Shown: positions 36,300-48,546, numbered from the stretch's first letter. The stretch: DNA of 64,000 bases from Rhizodiscina lignyota (GCA_010015805.1 ML978122.1:2886453-2950452), one strand, 5' to 3'. The notes: generated by a model from the sequence alone, not told the origin. Made by a program: numbers and translations.

Positions 36300-37393
36300 G
36301 TTCTTCCTTTCTTGTGTCTTCCTATGTCCGGGCTAGAGATTAACCAGGCCTTGCATCCTTGAAAGACGAGAACGGGAACACACTGCTTTTTGTAAGTTCC
36401 GTTGTTACTAGCCTCGGAAGTTACAGAACCTAACTATATTATTTTAGGCAGTGACTGCTTGTATGACACATCCTTTCTACTCATATGTCCAGGATGAGAT
36501 TTTCGACACTGCATTTTCACACATTGTGAACGCCCTTGTGCGTTATGGTGTTGATAAAGATGCATGCGTCTCCGGAACGTATCCGTGGGAGCTTAAGCCA
36601 CGCTCTTCCTTGGAAAAGGCTGTAGACTTTGTATTAAACCCTGTCAACAGAGGTCTCAGGCCAGATGTCGTTCTTTTAGAAGGGGGATGTTGTCCGCCAC
36701 CATCGTCCACGAGTTTTGAAAGTAGGGAGAACGGGGTTGACATCAAACGCATACTTCCTATCCTAGGACAATATCCAGATTATGAAGAAGGTGACTATTT
36801 TCATGATATTGACTAAGTTCATCATCTTGCTGAGTCTTTGCAGATCTAGGTTTTGGACCATTGGAAATTGCAACTTTGCAAAGGTCAGAAACGAAGGTCC
36901 AGATGTTGCTAGCAATGAAAGCTCCACCAGACGGTACGATGTTATCGCATAACATATCAACAAACAGAGTGGATCTAGAGCTTTGGGAATTAGACAAAAT
37001 TCCATCTACTCCATTGGAATGTGCCGTAGGATGGCAGAAAGGAATGGGACTTCTCCTTCGAGCAGGTGCGAACGGATTCTTCGCCATAGGCAGAGCAGTC
37101 GATTCATCCGATCTGGAATCATTAAAATTGCTATTGGAAAGCAACTGTCCACTTTTCGGTCATTTAGGCCCAGACGACCCATACGGAGACCATCCTCCCC
37201 CACTAATAACTAACCCTAGTGTGGATGATTGGGATCATTGGACTGAGGCGTTGTTCTACCGATTCGCAAGCTTTTGGCATCGTGAAGATCCTTATCTCGC
37301 CTTTTGCATTGTGCGAGCCGTGGTTGATCGCCGTACGAGGCTCAAAGAGCTTGCAGAGTCTTACTTGGATGCACATGATCAGCGTGCACTGGG
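36300..37393 (+). pseudogene. N-terminal half of an ankyrin-like/Cys-motif protein gene (truncated; 5' end approximate)
   Basis: DENGNTLLF, intron 36392-36447, ...DYEE, intron 36792-36843, DLGFGPLEIATLQRSE, TPLECAVGWQKGMGLLLRAGA, VVDRRTRLKELA...DQRALG; family resemblance stops abruptly at ~37393. Confidence 0.7.
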
Positions 37394-37887
37394 CAGTCGA
37401 AGACTACGATTGTCGGTGATCAAGGCAAAAATCCTCTGCGACCAACGATTCTATCCATACAAATGCGACCCTAACTGCTTCGAGTCGGATCGCGAAATCG
37501 GTAGATTGCAAGAGTGGTATTCCTTCTATATCATCCGGACCACGCCTTGGAATACATCCCATCCGTGGGTTCATTCGAACCGGTGCGGTCTTCAATGCAA
37601 AGATAGAATTACTATCGGTGTGTCATATGCATCCAGGCTCAGCACCGCACCGATTGATGTGGATTATTGTTTGTGTTGGTGAGAAAGGGCGTGCTATGTC
37701 CAACAATCACAAAACTAGCTGCTCAATACACCAAACACAGGCACCTACCCCCTGAATGTTTCATGACCACAGGCAGCAGAGATATGCAGTGCACTCACCT
37801 ATAAATTTCTCTCGAATCTAAATCCCACTTCCTTTCTCTTTGTCGTTCGATCTCTTGAATTCTCTCTACCAACCCCCTCTTGAAGCC

Positions 37888-38533
37888 ATGGATACTCTCG
37901 ACGACATCACCTTCGCCTCAGCAGAGCACAAAGCACACTTCGTCAAGAAGATGGACGAGTTTGCCATGCGGTGAGATCTTTTACAACATCAAATCAGTCA
38001 GAGATAGCGCTACTTCTTAATCCAACCCCAGCGGCAAAGGCATCCTCTTCGCCCTGCCTCCAGGAAACGAGTACGGTGACTACGCGCTGTACCCTGGCTA
38101 CACCTGGAGCTCCGCCCAGGCCATGAGCTGGCACGCCAGGCGGACCATCCCAGCGCAGCTCCGCGACCTCAATCCCTCCATGAAGCTGCCAACCATCTTC
38201 AAGTTCGTCCACGCCCTGCTACCCGCCGGCGGGCTGGACTACCGCATCACGACGGCGAGGTTCGAACAATTCGATGCGGCGCCTCGCGCCTCGCTGGCCC
38301 TGCTTCCGGCCGCGAATCACGACGCGCTTGTCCTCAGAAGCGACATCACCATCGGCGAGGCGCAGAAGAGGGCGTACCGCAACGGCCTCATCCCGGACGA
38401 GGACGCGCCGACGTTCGACGAGTGCCTGAAGCCGCACGCCTACCAGGACCACTACGTGGAGATGCGGTTCCGGAGGGGCACGCCGATGCCTCGAGTGGAC
38501 GAACTTCTTTGGAGCGCTGGAGGTTTTTATTGA
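37888..38533 (+). CDS. hypothetical protein (2 exons)
   Basis: TATAAA at ~37800; ATG 37888 MDTLDDITFASAEHKAHFVKKMDEFAMR, intron GTGAGA...CAG, then GKGILFALPPG, in frame with ORF 38123-38533; strong C/G third-position bias. Confidence 0.7.
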
Positions 38534-39286
38534 GTGGGGGTGGAGGGGCCATGGGTCGGAAGTGACGAACAAAGTTGCAAGGGCGTGGCGTTAGAAGCGG
38601 CGGGAGGGAGGTGGCGGAAGGTTAGAAGGTTCTTTCAGGCGCAAGGAAGTAGAATTTGGATACAGCAATTGCGGCAGATAATCGATGCTCGCACATCAAG
38701 ATCATAGACGTGCCGAGCCTTCTCTTCAATTCTAATGGATGCAAGCGTGTCGTGAACGTGATATGCAAAGCGAGTTCTCTTGTTCCAGCACACAACCTTC
38801 GTAGATGGCTGCCTTCTCATAGGATATCGCGCTTGCGCGCCATGAACACGGTCCGTGGCAAAGCTTCTCTGGTTTAAGCTTTTAAACTTCGCGATTGTAG
38901 CGGACAATTCGTCCCCCTTAACACAGTCAGAGGGTGTTATCTTCGCTATAGCTTCTGTAACACCAGATTGTATATTAGCTTTTCTTCCCGCTCGTAGATT
39001 GTTCTCTCTTTCAATCAACCCAGTCAACACACCTTCCCGGGCTTCATTAGTGTCGTACTCGAAGGAATACAAATGCACCTACGCCAAAAACACACGAACA
39101 GCTAGACGACAAACGGAGTTCGGTGCTTCGAGTGGAGCGCAATTACGACACGCATTACGCGATCAAAACACACTGCTACGTACGCGAGCAATCAGAATGA
39201 AGGGAGATCTGGTGTAACTGAAAGAGCACGCAACATACAGAGTATATAAGAACCTCCACTCAACCAACGACCAACCTCATCGATCC

Positions 39287-39845
39287 ATGACAATGGAGGA
39301 CCGCGAGCGTTCTGAACAACTGCGAAAAAACACCGAGATGATAATGAAATACAATCGGCAGCGACGGCTGGAAGAGGAAAAGCGAATGGACGGCATTGTA
39401 AAGTTGGTGGAGGTAAGATACAGGTCGGAAGTGTTCCGTCTGAGGGTTTTTCATTAACATGATCCAGATCGATCGGCTTTACAAAGACCAAGAGTACGCG
39501 CGGTGCGCCGACGAATGTCGTGCGACCTGGCTTGCGGTGGACGGAAACGTCGGAAAGTACCATGACAATGTCAGATTCCGAGCGATAATGCGTGCGGTGA
39601 CGGCCGCCGCTCAGCAAAGCAATTCTGCGCAAAAGACGTTCGAGGGCGTATGTGAGTACTTTAGAAAGGCGAAGGCTTTTGGTCTTATGGACATACTTGC
39701 TCCTTACATCGCCAAACAGACAGCGTCGGAGGTGGCTCAGATCATACGAATGAAGAGAGAGGTACTGACCTCTGAAGAGGCCGAAGTGTGCGAATGGTTG
39801 GATGACTTTGATTGGATGCGAGACATTGTGGACACTGAGGACTGA
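39287..39845 (+). CDS. hypothetical protein (orphan paralog B1)
   Basis: TATATAAG ~39243; exon 1 MTMEDRER...GIVKLVE; intron 39413-39467; exon 2 IDRLYKDQEY...FDWMRDIVDTED. Confidence 0.75.
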
Positions 39846-40287
39846 AAGATAGATAAGGTTCACGAACCTCGCAGACTCGTATCGACCATGAAAAGCAAAT
39901 GAGAGGTGTATCTGGCAGCTTGACTATACTCCCTATGAAAAGCGACTTCTATCTGTGAAACAATGAAGCAATCTCTCTTGCCTGGGCCAGTCCTCTACAG
40001 AGGGCTCCACAGGCGTAAAAGACACATTTTCTGTGTGTTAATGAACGCTCGTGTATCTTGAATTCGCCACGTGAAGAAACCTCTGTGTGGGAAGGTGTTA
40101 GCTGGCAACCCTGCTGTACATAAACCATTTCTCCATGGGCACTTCTTTAACCAACAACTCACGATTGTGATCCGGCACTCTACCGTCCAAACACCAACTA
40201 CAGTAGAGAATCCTCTCCACTCGAAACTAAGCGAAAAGAAACACCAATTTGATATTGAGTCAGCAGCAGAGGTTGTTGAAACTGAAG

Positions 40288-40805
40288 ATGTCGTTTGCAG
40301 ATGTCCAAAAGGTGTGGCAGGTAAGATATAACTCAGAAACATTCCATCTGTGGCTTCTCCACTGACATGGGTGATAACTCAGGTCGATGAGCTTTGCATG
40401 AACCGAAAATACGCTGAGGCCGCCGAAGGCTATCTTGAAATCTGGAACGCGGCGGAGGGCGTCTTCCCCAACGAGATCCGATTCATAGCGCTGAGGGGTC
40501 TGCTCAAGGTCTTTGCTACGGACAGCACCGCTGTGCCAGTACCCTTCAACACCCTCTGCGATTACATCGCAAAAGCGAAGCGTAATGCTCGACCGGGGGA
40601 TAGGCTTGACCTTTTAGGTACCAAGATAACGGCGGATGAAGTGGCTGAGACTGTCCAGAAGAACCCGAGTTCCAATCAGGAAGTGGAATGGAAGCACGGC
40701 TTTGACTGGAGTCAAGACTTCATCGACGCTGGCAAAGACTGGATGCGTCTCGCGAACCTCGTATGGACCGTGAAGGAGAGCAGCGAAGCCGAGCTCCAAT
40801 CCTAA
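40288..40805 (+). CDS. hypothetical protein (orphan paralog B2)
   Basis: Exon 1 MSFADVQKVWQ; intron 40321-40382; exon 2 VDELCMNRKY...FDWSQDFID; aligns with B1. Confidence 0.75.
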
Positions 40806-40852
40806 AGGCCCCAATCCTAAAGGCCCCAATCCTAAAGGCCCCAATCCTAAAG
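40796..40852 (+). repeat. 15-bp tandem repeat CCAATCCTAAAGGCC (~3.8 copies)
   Basis: Perfect repeat directly visible, overlapping the B2 stop codon. Confidence 0.95.
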
Positions 40853-41924
40853 CGGATCACCGTGATTGGACACAAGGTACTATCGATGCTGGTGATGGAC
40901 GGAAGGCTGTCAAATTTTGGATGGACTATGAAGGAAAGAAATGAGAGGACAGACGAGAGGTCTCAGAAAGGTGCATACCCCCGGTTATCCTAAGGCGGAG
41001 CGCTCGATCAGCTTCAGTTCAATAAGACACAAGACTTCGTCGAGCCCATGCAGTGACGCTGACGTCCCAGTGATGCTGTGATTTTCTGTCGTGGGAGATG
41101 GCTGGCGCTGCCATTGGCGTGCTAGCGAGTCTCAAGAATGTGCCGCTTTCCCCTTTCTGGCAAGGCCGCTGGCCACATGGTGTCTCTCCTGGAACTCGCA
41201 CCTCAACTTCTCCATCTTCACTTCACCTCCTGCCGAATACTGGAAGAGCGGCCGGCAGATTGAGGCGAGAGTCCGGCAGCCACTCCGTCTCGTTGATTGA
41301 TGCTCCGCTTCCCGTGCAAATGCCCTTCCCGTCACGCGGCGATAGCTCGTCGCCGTGTGCCATGCGCGCTGCCTCTCAACACCACACGTGCACGAGAATG
41401 CGCGCGCAAATGCCCAACACCGCCAGGGACGGAGCGTCTCGTGCGCGCATAGCGCAATAGCAGGTGCGCCGAATGCCATGATCATCCGCTGGAGCAGCCG
41501 TCTGCAATATGGCCAGAGGGCGAGAGTGCTGTTGATGCGCACCAATCAGCGCGCGCTGCCGAACTCGTGCGATCTATCTTCATTCTTTCTCGAGGCTCAG
41601 CACGCAACTGCGTAGTCAACCCCAACAGCCCTCACGCGCTCGCATTCAAACAAAGAAGCCGGCTCACTCTGTCATTTGCCCCAGTGCCCCTGCTTCCTCC
41701 GACTTTTCCTAAAATCCTGCCGCATGAGGTGGTCGTTGCTGCACCACCTGCGTCGACAAAAGCGTAGGCCTTCCCTCCTCCGTCGTATTGTCAGCCCCTC
41801 CACCCCACCGCACACGCAACACTGTGGCCATTCTGTTCCCTCGCCAATTCTCGCGCTCTGTTGTCCCTTGCATCTCATTCTCTCTCTCTCTCCCTCGTGC
41901 TAGCTCACACTACAGGATAGCACA

Positions 41925-43320
41925 ATGCGCATTGCTATCGTGGTTGAAGTCTTCCTGCCGAAGCGCGACGGCGTCACCATCACCGTCGAGCGCGTCCTCA
42001 ATTACCTTCGCTCGCAGAACCACGAAGTCCTCATTCTCGCACCTGGTGCCTCAGTTGCGACATGCGCGGGCTACGAAGTCGTGTGCGCCGGCGGCTTCCC
42101 CCTCCTCTTCTACCCCGGCCTTCGATACAACACATTCGACATCCCCATGGCTCGCAAATTGCTGGATTTCAAGCCAGACTTGATCCAGCTCTTTGATCCG
42201 ATCATGCTGGGCCTGCAGACCTACTACTTCGCGCGCTTCTTCATGCCCCGCACGCCGCTCATATATACATACTGCACAAACATCGTCATGTACACATCCA
42301 TCTTTGGCTTCCCCCAGCTAGCCAACATCTTCTGGGCTATGCTCAAGATCCAGCATCGCAATTCGAGCCTCACTCTCGTTCCGAGCGCATCCATAAAGCA
42401 CGAGCTCACATACCACGATTTCAAGGGCGCCATCACCGTTTGGCCCCGACCTGTCGACAGCCGTCGTTTCCACCCATCGAAGAGACGGGAGGACTTGAGG
42501 GTGAAGTGGTCAGGTTGCGACTTCTCAAGGCCTGTATATCCGGAGAACAAGATCATTCTGCTTTTCGTGAGCAGAATATCTTGGGAGAAGGGACTGAACA
42601 CACTGAGGTTGGCGTATGAAGGATTGGACAAATCGCGCTTCCATCTTGTCATTGTGGGAGACGGACCAGCGCGCGCAGAATTTGAGCCGGATTTCCTCCC
42701 CGGTGATGTCACATTCGTAGGCTGGCGCCAGGGTGAAGACCTCGCCGAAGCCTATGCCTCTGCCGACATGTTCATTTTCGCATCTCTTACGGAAACTTTT
42801 GGCAACGTGCTCCTCGAAGCAGCGTCATCCGGGCTTCCAATTGTTGCATGTGACGCCCTCGGCGTGCGAGATTTGGTCGTACATGGCAAGACGGGTCTTC
42901 TGGGACCTCCAGCAGACTCAGATACGATGCGACAGAACATCCTTAGAATCGCAAACGACCCGAAACTGATGACCCGAATGAGCACGGAGGCGCGAGTCTT
43001 CGCAGAGAAGTACACGTCCAAGTTCTCTTTCGACATAATTAATGAATCGTACAACACCGTATGTCTTACTACAGCATCATTAATACGTCCTTGCTTACGC
43101 GCTCAATAGGTCATGGCACAAAAAGCAGTCACGCCCAAAGCGCCCTTCCTCTTCCGATGTGTTGACCTCCTACGTCTGGCGTTCCTGAACAACCTCATGA
43201 TCATCGTAGGCCTTCTCCTCTGCGCCTATAAGATCATAAGGTATGGGAGGGCGCGGCCAATCCCAAGCCGCGATAGACCTATTTTTGCCTAGCTGTTCAC
43301 TCGCGTGTTGCATTTTCTAG
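41925..43320 (+). CDS. glycosyltransferase family 4 (GT-B; MgtA/SqdX-like); 3' end uncertain
   Basis: MRIAIVVEVFLPKRDGVT, VDSRRFHPSKR, LFVSRISWEKGL, VGDGPAR, YASADMFIFASLTETFGNVLLEAASSGLP (EX7E); intron ~43059-43109 leads to a hydrophobic C-terminal exon. Confidence 0.9.
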
Positions 43321-44332
43321 CGTTCGGGGTCTAATACCTATGGAAAGCTTTTTTGCTTAAGGGAGACATGGATCGGCGTTTACCGCACTATAATACCTAT
43401 TTGTCGCGTAGAGCGAATGAGAGCTTGATATCGTATTGTGCGAGTGCCTTGTAATTGCTGCACGTAGATACCATGCTATGTAATGAGCCTACATCATTGG
43501 GTGGGAATGAGATATCGAAATCTATCAATCGTCCATTCGGACATTTTGCCGGTTCATGCTCCTCTGCTTGAATGTCCACGTGTACTATGGTTGCCGCACT
43601 CCCTTCTATCGAAATCCCAACAGTTCGCCGACCACCTGCGAGACCCCGGATTCACGGTGCTCCGCTAATTGGACATGCATATTGCTAACCTAGTTGGGAC
43701 TGGACATCATTGGGCGCTCCGAGGTAATTTTTCCGCCATCTACGGAGTGCATGTCAAGCTCACGGTCTATTCTGACATTATCAAGCAAGTGATTAGCGAC
43801 TAGAAATCGAGCTAGAACATCTGGTGCTTGTCTTACGGCTTCTAATGCCTGGAACGAGGGCTAAGTATTTAGGATCGGTGTCTAACCGGCAATTCTAGCA
43901 ATTGATTTTAGAAAGATTATGCATCGTGGCAGCGGAGAGGCCGATGCTCGTGCTCATTACGTGAGAAGCCTTCTCTATACACGCATACATACATCCTCAG
44001 ATTTGCTCATCTAGCATTAACGATGATGGCTAATATCATCGACCGCGAAGAGACGCTATCGTAATGAGATTTGGACGAGTTGCTCATCAGTAGAGCATAT
44101 GGGAGCTGGCAGCGATACTGAATTGTCTGACGGCCAACTCCCCCAAGCGCACGCGGCACGCCTGAAGCAGCGTCTTTCGATATGTATTCAATCTCAAAGC
44201 TGTGGTACCTGAGAATGCATAGACTCTTCCAGCATTAAAGATAGTCCTCCAAAATCGCATTAGTTGGAAACATACAGCTTCGTCCGCCATTGTACTTGAT
44301 CCCGGTTCGGTATTCCTCGTTCCCGTCCGAAC

Positions 44333-45432
44333 TCAGCTTTGTGCATTCTGCTCCTCAGAAGAATCGGATGGCCGAGAAGAGAAGTCTTCTTCTTCTTGAG
44401 CTACATCGGAGGGGTCGAAAAGCTCCCGCAGGATGACCTGAATGAATTCTTCGTTTTTGTACTCCGGGCGCGGGAATACGGAGTCTTTTCTTCGGACTTC
44501 CCACCCATCCTCCCAATTCTTGACGTCCCAGTACGAAGGCCTATCCTCATTCTCTGGGAGTATCCGATCAACTTTGTTCCACCAATCATCCCAGAAATCA
44601 ATAATCGTCCCAGAATGTCTCTCAAGGGCCTGTGCATACGCCGACATGATGAGCTCCAGCTGTGCATGTGCATATGAATCCTCCGACTGCAACTCCTCGA
44701 TGTCCGCCTCATTCAATTTGAATTCCCTTTTTGTGCAACAAGTGTGAGCCATGTCTAACCGATTAAATATCTCCAGCCTGCAAGCTTCCTGATAGTGTAA
44801 TCTTGCATCATGCGGTTCCAGTTGGAATGTCTTGATCCAGTCATTCGTGACTTGACGGCCCGTAGACAGTGACAGAGTCATCGAGAAACGAGATACTACT
44901 CTCCTCTTCAAATACACATTGAGAGCAAGGCATCCTTTGGTCGAGCAGTAGCAGTTGCAAGTATCTGTCTTCAGCACTTCATTTTGTACCGCCTCAGATA
45001 ACAAGTTACCAAGCTCTGAGAAGTAGAAGTCCGGCATCGCTGTAGTAATCATGTGTAGATGAGTCCAAGAAGACGGCGTTGAGAAATACTGAATTGTTGC
45101 ACCTTTTGAAACAAGCCAGTTGAAGCGTTTCAGATGGGATCTGTCCCACCCGGGGAAATGTCCATCCCAAAAAGAACCGGTTGGTTCGATGTTATGAAGT
45201 TTATGCCAGAAAACATCAAGAGGTGTTCGTCCTTCATAGTCGAGGTCATTGATTCCATAGAAACCAGCGTCATACAAAGCCTCCATATATTCGTACGACA
45301 AATCCGGAATGTGATATACGGACATTTCTGGTCCAGGCCATAGCGATGGTGGAATAGTGACATTTTTTTTGTAATAGGGCTTGATGTACCGAAAATGCGG
45401 ATGCATCCAAGATTGGCGTTTCGAATATCCCC
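44333..45432 (-). pseudogene. C-terminal half of the ankyrin-like/Cys-motif protein gene
   Basis: GIFETPILDASAFSVHQALLQK, frameshift in an A8 run, NVTIPPSLW..SVYH..LYDAGF..D.EGRTPL..WLVSKGA..DTCNCYCSTKGC..HTCC; no credible N-terminus on this strand. Confidence 0.75.
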
Positions 45433-45737
45433 TCGCTCGAATGTCCATGTGGCCTGTCCTGAAGTCACAGTTCTGGGTAAATGTGTGAAATTTTCAAAGT
45501 CAGTGAAATTGTTTGAGAGGACTCTACGGAATATCGAATGTACGCAGCGCTAACGGTTAGCAGCCGCTGCATAATGGAAAGTTGAATAGACAGCGGACAT
45601 AGTGGCTGGAGAACCACGATGGAAAAATTTCATATTTCGTCTGTGGAGACGCTTACTACTTTTGCCTTCCACACTAATTGAGCCTCCCAAAACGCCATTG
45701 CTATGCATGCGTCCTTCCTCCTCAGCCGTGCGCTCGG

Positions 45738-46776
45738 TTAAGGGTCAAACTTCGGTGTGTATCTCTCGCACGCCTTCTCAAATTCCTCCTTCTTCTTCGC
45801 CCAGTCGGCCAGTGCCTGATATTCAGGGTGAACTTTGGCGAGCTTCTCCTTTGCAGCCTTTGCTTCGTCTACTTTCCCAAGTATGGTATCCAGCACTACG
45901 CTATTTACGAGCAGGTCTGGGTTCTCAGCATCGAGATCGCGAGCTTGTTGTAGCGCTGCCTCTGCCTCTGGCAACCGACCCAGATGCAGCTCAGCGACCG
46001 CTTGGCCGATCAGCGATTGTACCGATTGAGTAGCGGGCGCTTGTGCGAGCTCTTCAAATACGTAGTAAGCGGCTTGGTACTTCTCTCCGCCCTAAAAAGA
46101 ATGGTTAGAATTGTGCTTGTATTGCTGCCGAGACGTTAAACGCTTACCTGGCGCATGCCGACCCAGCTCTCAGCAATATTCACCAACAAATTATCCTGCG
46201 CCCACTTTCTCGCCTGTTGGGCCTCCTTATTCGCCAAATCCAGCCTATTCTGCTGTAGATGAATCTGCACAATCAGCGCAATAGCATCCAAGCTGCCCTG
46301 ATGCTTGCCCAGCACCTGCAGCGCCTCCTCGGCCATCCCAGCACCCGCTAATACAGTCCCACACAGCACCTGAACATTCACATTGTCACCGTCAGACTTC
46401 GCGAGCTCCTCCGCCGCGCTTGCATTGCCGTCGAGCGGCTTGCCGGCATGTTGGGCTTTGGAGTACTGTGCAAGAATCTGGACGGCTTTGAGGTCGGGCG
46501 TGGACTTGTTCGCGTCGGAGGAGATTTCTGAGAGGGCCTCATCGACCTGGCTCAGTGCAATTTTCGCGCGGAGTTGGAGGACGCGGGCGGGGAGGAGGTT
46601 GCTGGATGAGAGGGCGGAGGTGTCGAAGTCGATGACCTGGGCGTATTGTGCTTGGTGGAAGTAATTGTGGAGGTTTACGAGCTCTGGGAATATGGTTAGT
46701 ACTACGACTCATGGCTGAAGAAGCTAGGAGACTGTGGTTTTTGAAACTTACCCCCTTCTGCCGAGTATGGATCCAT
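45738..46776 (-). CDS. SEC28: coatomer subunit epsilon
   Basis: MDPYSAEG|ELVNLHNYFHQAQY..., HQGSLDAIALIVQIHLQQNRLDLA, WAQDNLLVNIAESWVGMRQ|GGEKYQAAYYVFEELAQ; two introns. Confidence 0.93.
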
Positions 46777-48546
46777 GATGTGTGAGGTCTCAAAATGTGG
46801 GATGCTACTCGGTCGCTCGATGGTAGAGTGAGTGAATTGCTGCAGTGACTCGGGATTTCCAAGTGACCTCTTGTATAAATTGAACGGAGCTGCGCAATTT
46901 TTGAGGAGATAATGTCACAACAATTGCTTCAATCATTCGTCCCCTTGTGGGTGATGTCGGTATTTCTGACCACGAATTACTCGGCTAAACTTCGGTTGGA
47001 CAAGCTGTCAGCATTGACAAGGTCAGATCAGTGGCTATGGCGATATGTATGGGATATCGAGAACATCATGCTCATATAAGATGTAAATTTGTATGTTGAC
47101 GATCGTATTCCATCACTAGTAGCAATTGTTTTCTGTAACCCATATCCTCGTGTCTAGTCGGTCCATTCACAGCCTCAATGATGCCGCTCGCTGGGACTCA
47201 AACCGGTTATTTTACATCTCGATCACGAATATCTGAATTTGTCCAGGGCCGTAGACACTGGAGAGTCGCGGCTTCTGGATCTCTACGGGCTCACTTATCT
47301 CACTCGTGATTGGCTCTCAAGGAAGAGCCGAGGAATTAGGGCGCTTCCTTGAATGGAATGGACGGAGAGAAACTGACAAAGAGCGGTCATTCCTAGTTCC
47401 TTGGGAAAGCCTCCAACACGGCGCCAGATAATTATGGGTTTCTCATGGAATGTAAATGGGTCTGACGACTCGAAAGCAAAATGGACAGTATCAGCGCAAC
47501 GACGTGAATTTGGAAGCAAGAGGAAACAGGAGAAATACGGGTCCTCCACAGATCGGGTAGAATGTCTAGAATTGAATAGAGTTAACCATAATGGAGAGTT
47601 GCCACCCACAATGTCCACGAAGGATGGCTGGTGGTGGCAGCACGCCTCAATGCTGCAGGCCGAAGAAGTTTTGAGCTGAGAAACCACGCGCCCCCACTGG
47701 GACGGCAGCACGGTGGCCTTCTCATAACTCATGATGCGTTGAAGGTGCGCTAGCTTCCTCGCAAGCCATGGCGAGAATCGACTATTCAGCGCTATCTTTG
47801 AAGCTTCTGCTGCTCCTTCTCCAGGTGAGGTGGTACGGAGTGCTGTCGTTACGTCGTCTTCCAAGTTTTACTTTTCGGTCTATGTAAGGGTCCAGGCTCT
47901 TTTAGGAGCCCCGGCCTCAGCCAAACAAGGGGCAGCATGAAAGCTTCCAGCCTCCCCTGCGAGGGCTTGCTCGGCAGCAGCGAAAACCTTGTCCAAACCT
48001 GGGAAAACAGGGAGCAAAGTGTGGCTGATACATCGGCTGGTGGCTGGAAGGCTAGCGAAATGAATTTGCATGTGGTCGGCGTGTCCGTGGAGAATTGCTG
48101 TCGCGTGGCAGCTGAAAGACGCGAAGACGAGACCGCTCCAATGGCAGCAAGCAGAGGACAGAGGTTGGCAATACATCATAGCGGGACGAGCGATTGGAGG
48201 CACAGGAGGCCCAATATATGCTAGTGCCTGGCTGGAGCCGTGCCGTGTGTGAGATCGGCGCAGATTCGACCACATCGCGCGCATCGACGCGCTACAAACT
48301 GCGCCGCTGGGGCTGCTGTGGTTGGCTCGCTTGCTCTCACGCCACAATACGTCACACCTTTGCTGGTGATCGGAGCAGGAATTGGGCAGGCGCACGGAGC
48401 ACCTCAGATCTGTTTAGATTGCATATTGCTTCCAACCTTGCTGCACTTCACCCTCAATCACATTCCTCCCTACGACACCCTTCTTCCTTCTTCCCTCACC
48501 CTCAATTGTTCGCCAGACAGCTACCTGAGCGTCTTTCTTCGCGAAG

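Noticed and set aside
38635..39078. 147-aa minus-strand ORF
   Set aside because: No motif, and no clear start context or codon bias; left uncalled.
40796..40852. Repeat as a CRISPR array or interstitial telomere
   Set aside because: No spacers, eukaryotic context, and the unit is not (CCCTAA)n.
44333..45448. Intact 371-aa standalone gene starting MDIRARG
   Set aside because: The first ~28 residues come from a shifted frame and from sequence beyond the inferred breakpoint; better explained as the C-half of the split gene.
47295..48400. Overlapping ORFs between SEC28 and the CSC1-like gene
   Set aside because: No recognisable protein features; likely divergent promoter/UTR sequence.
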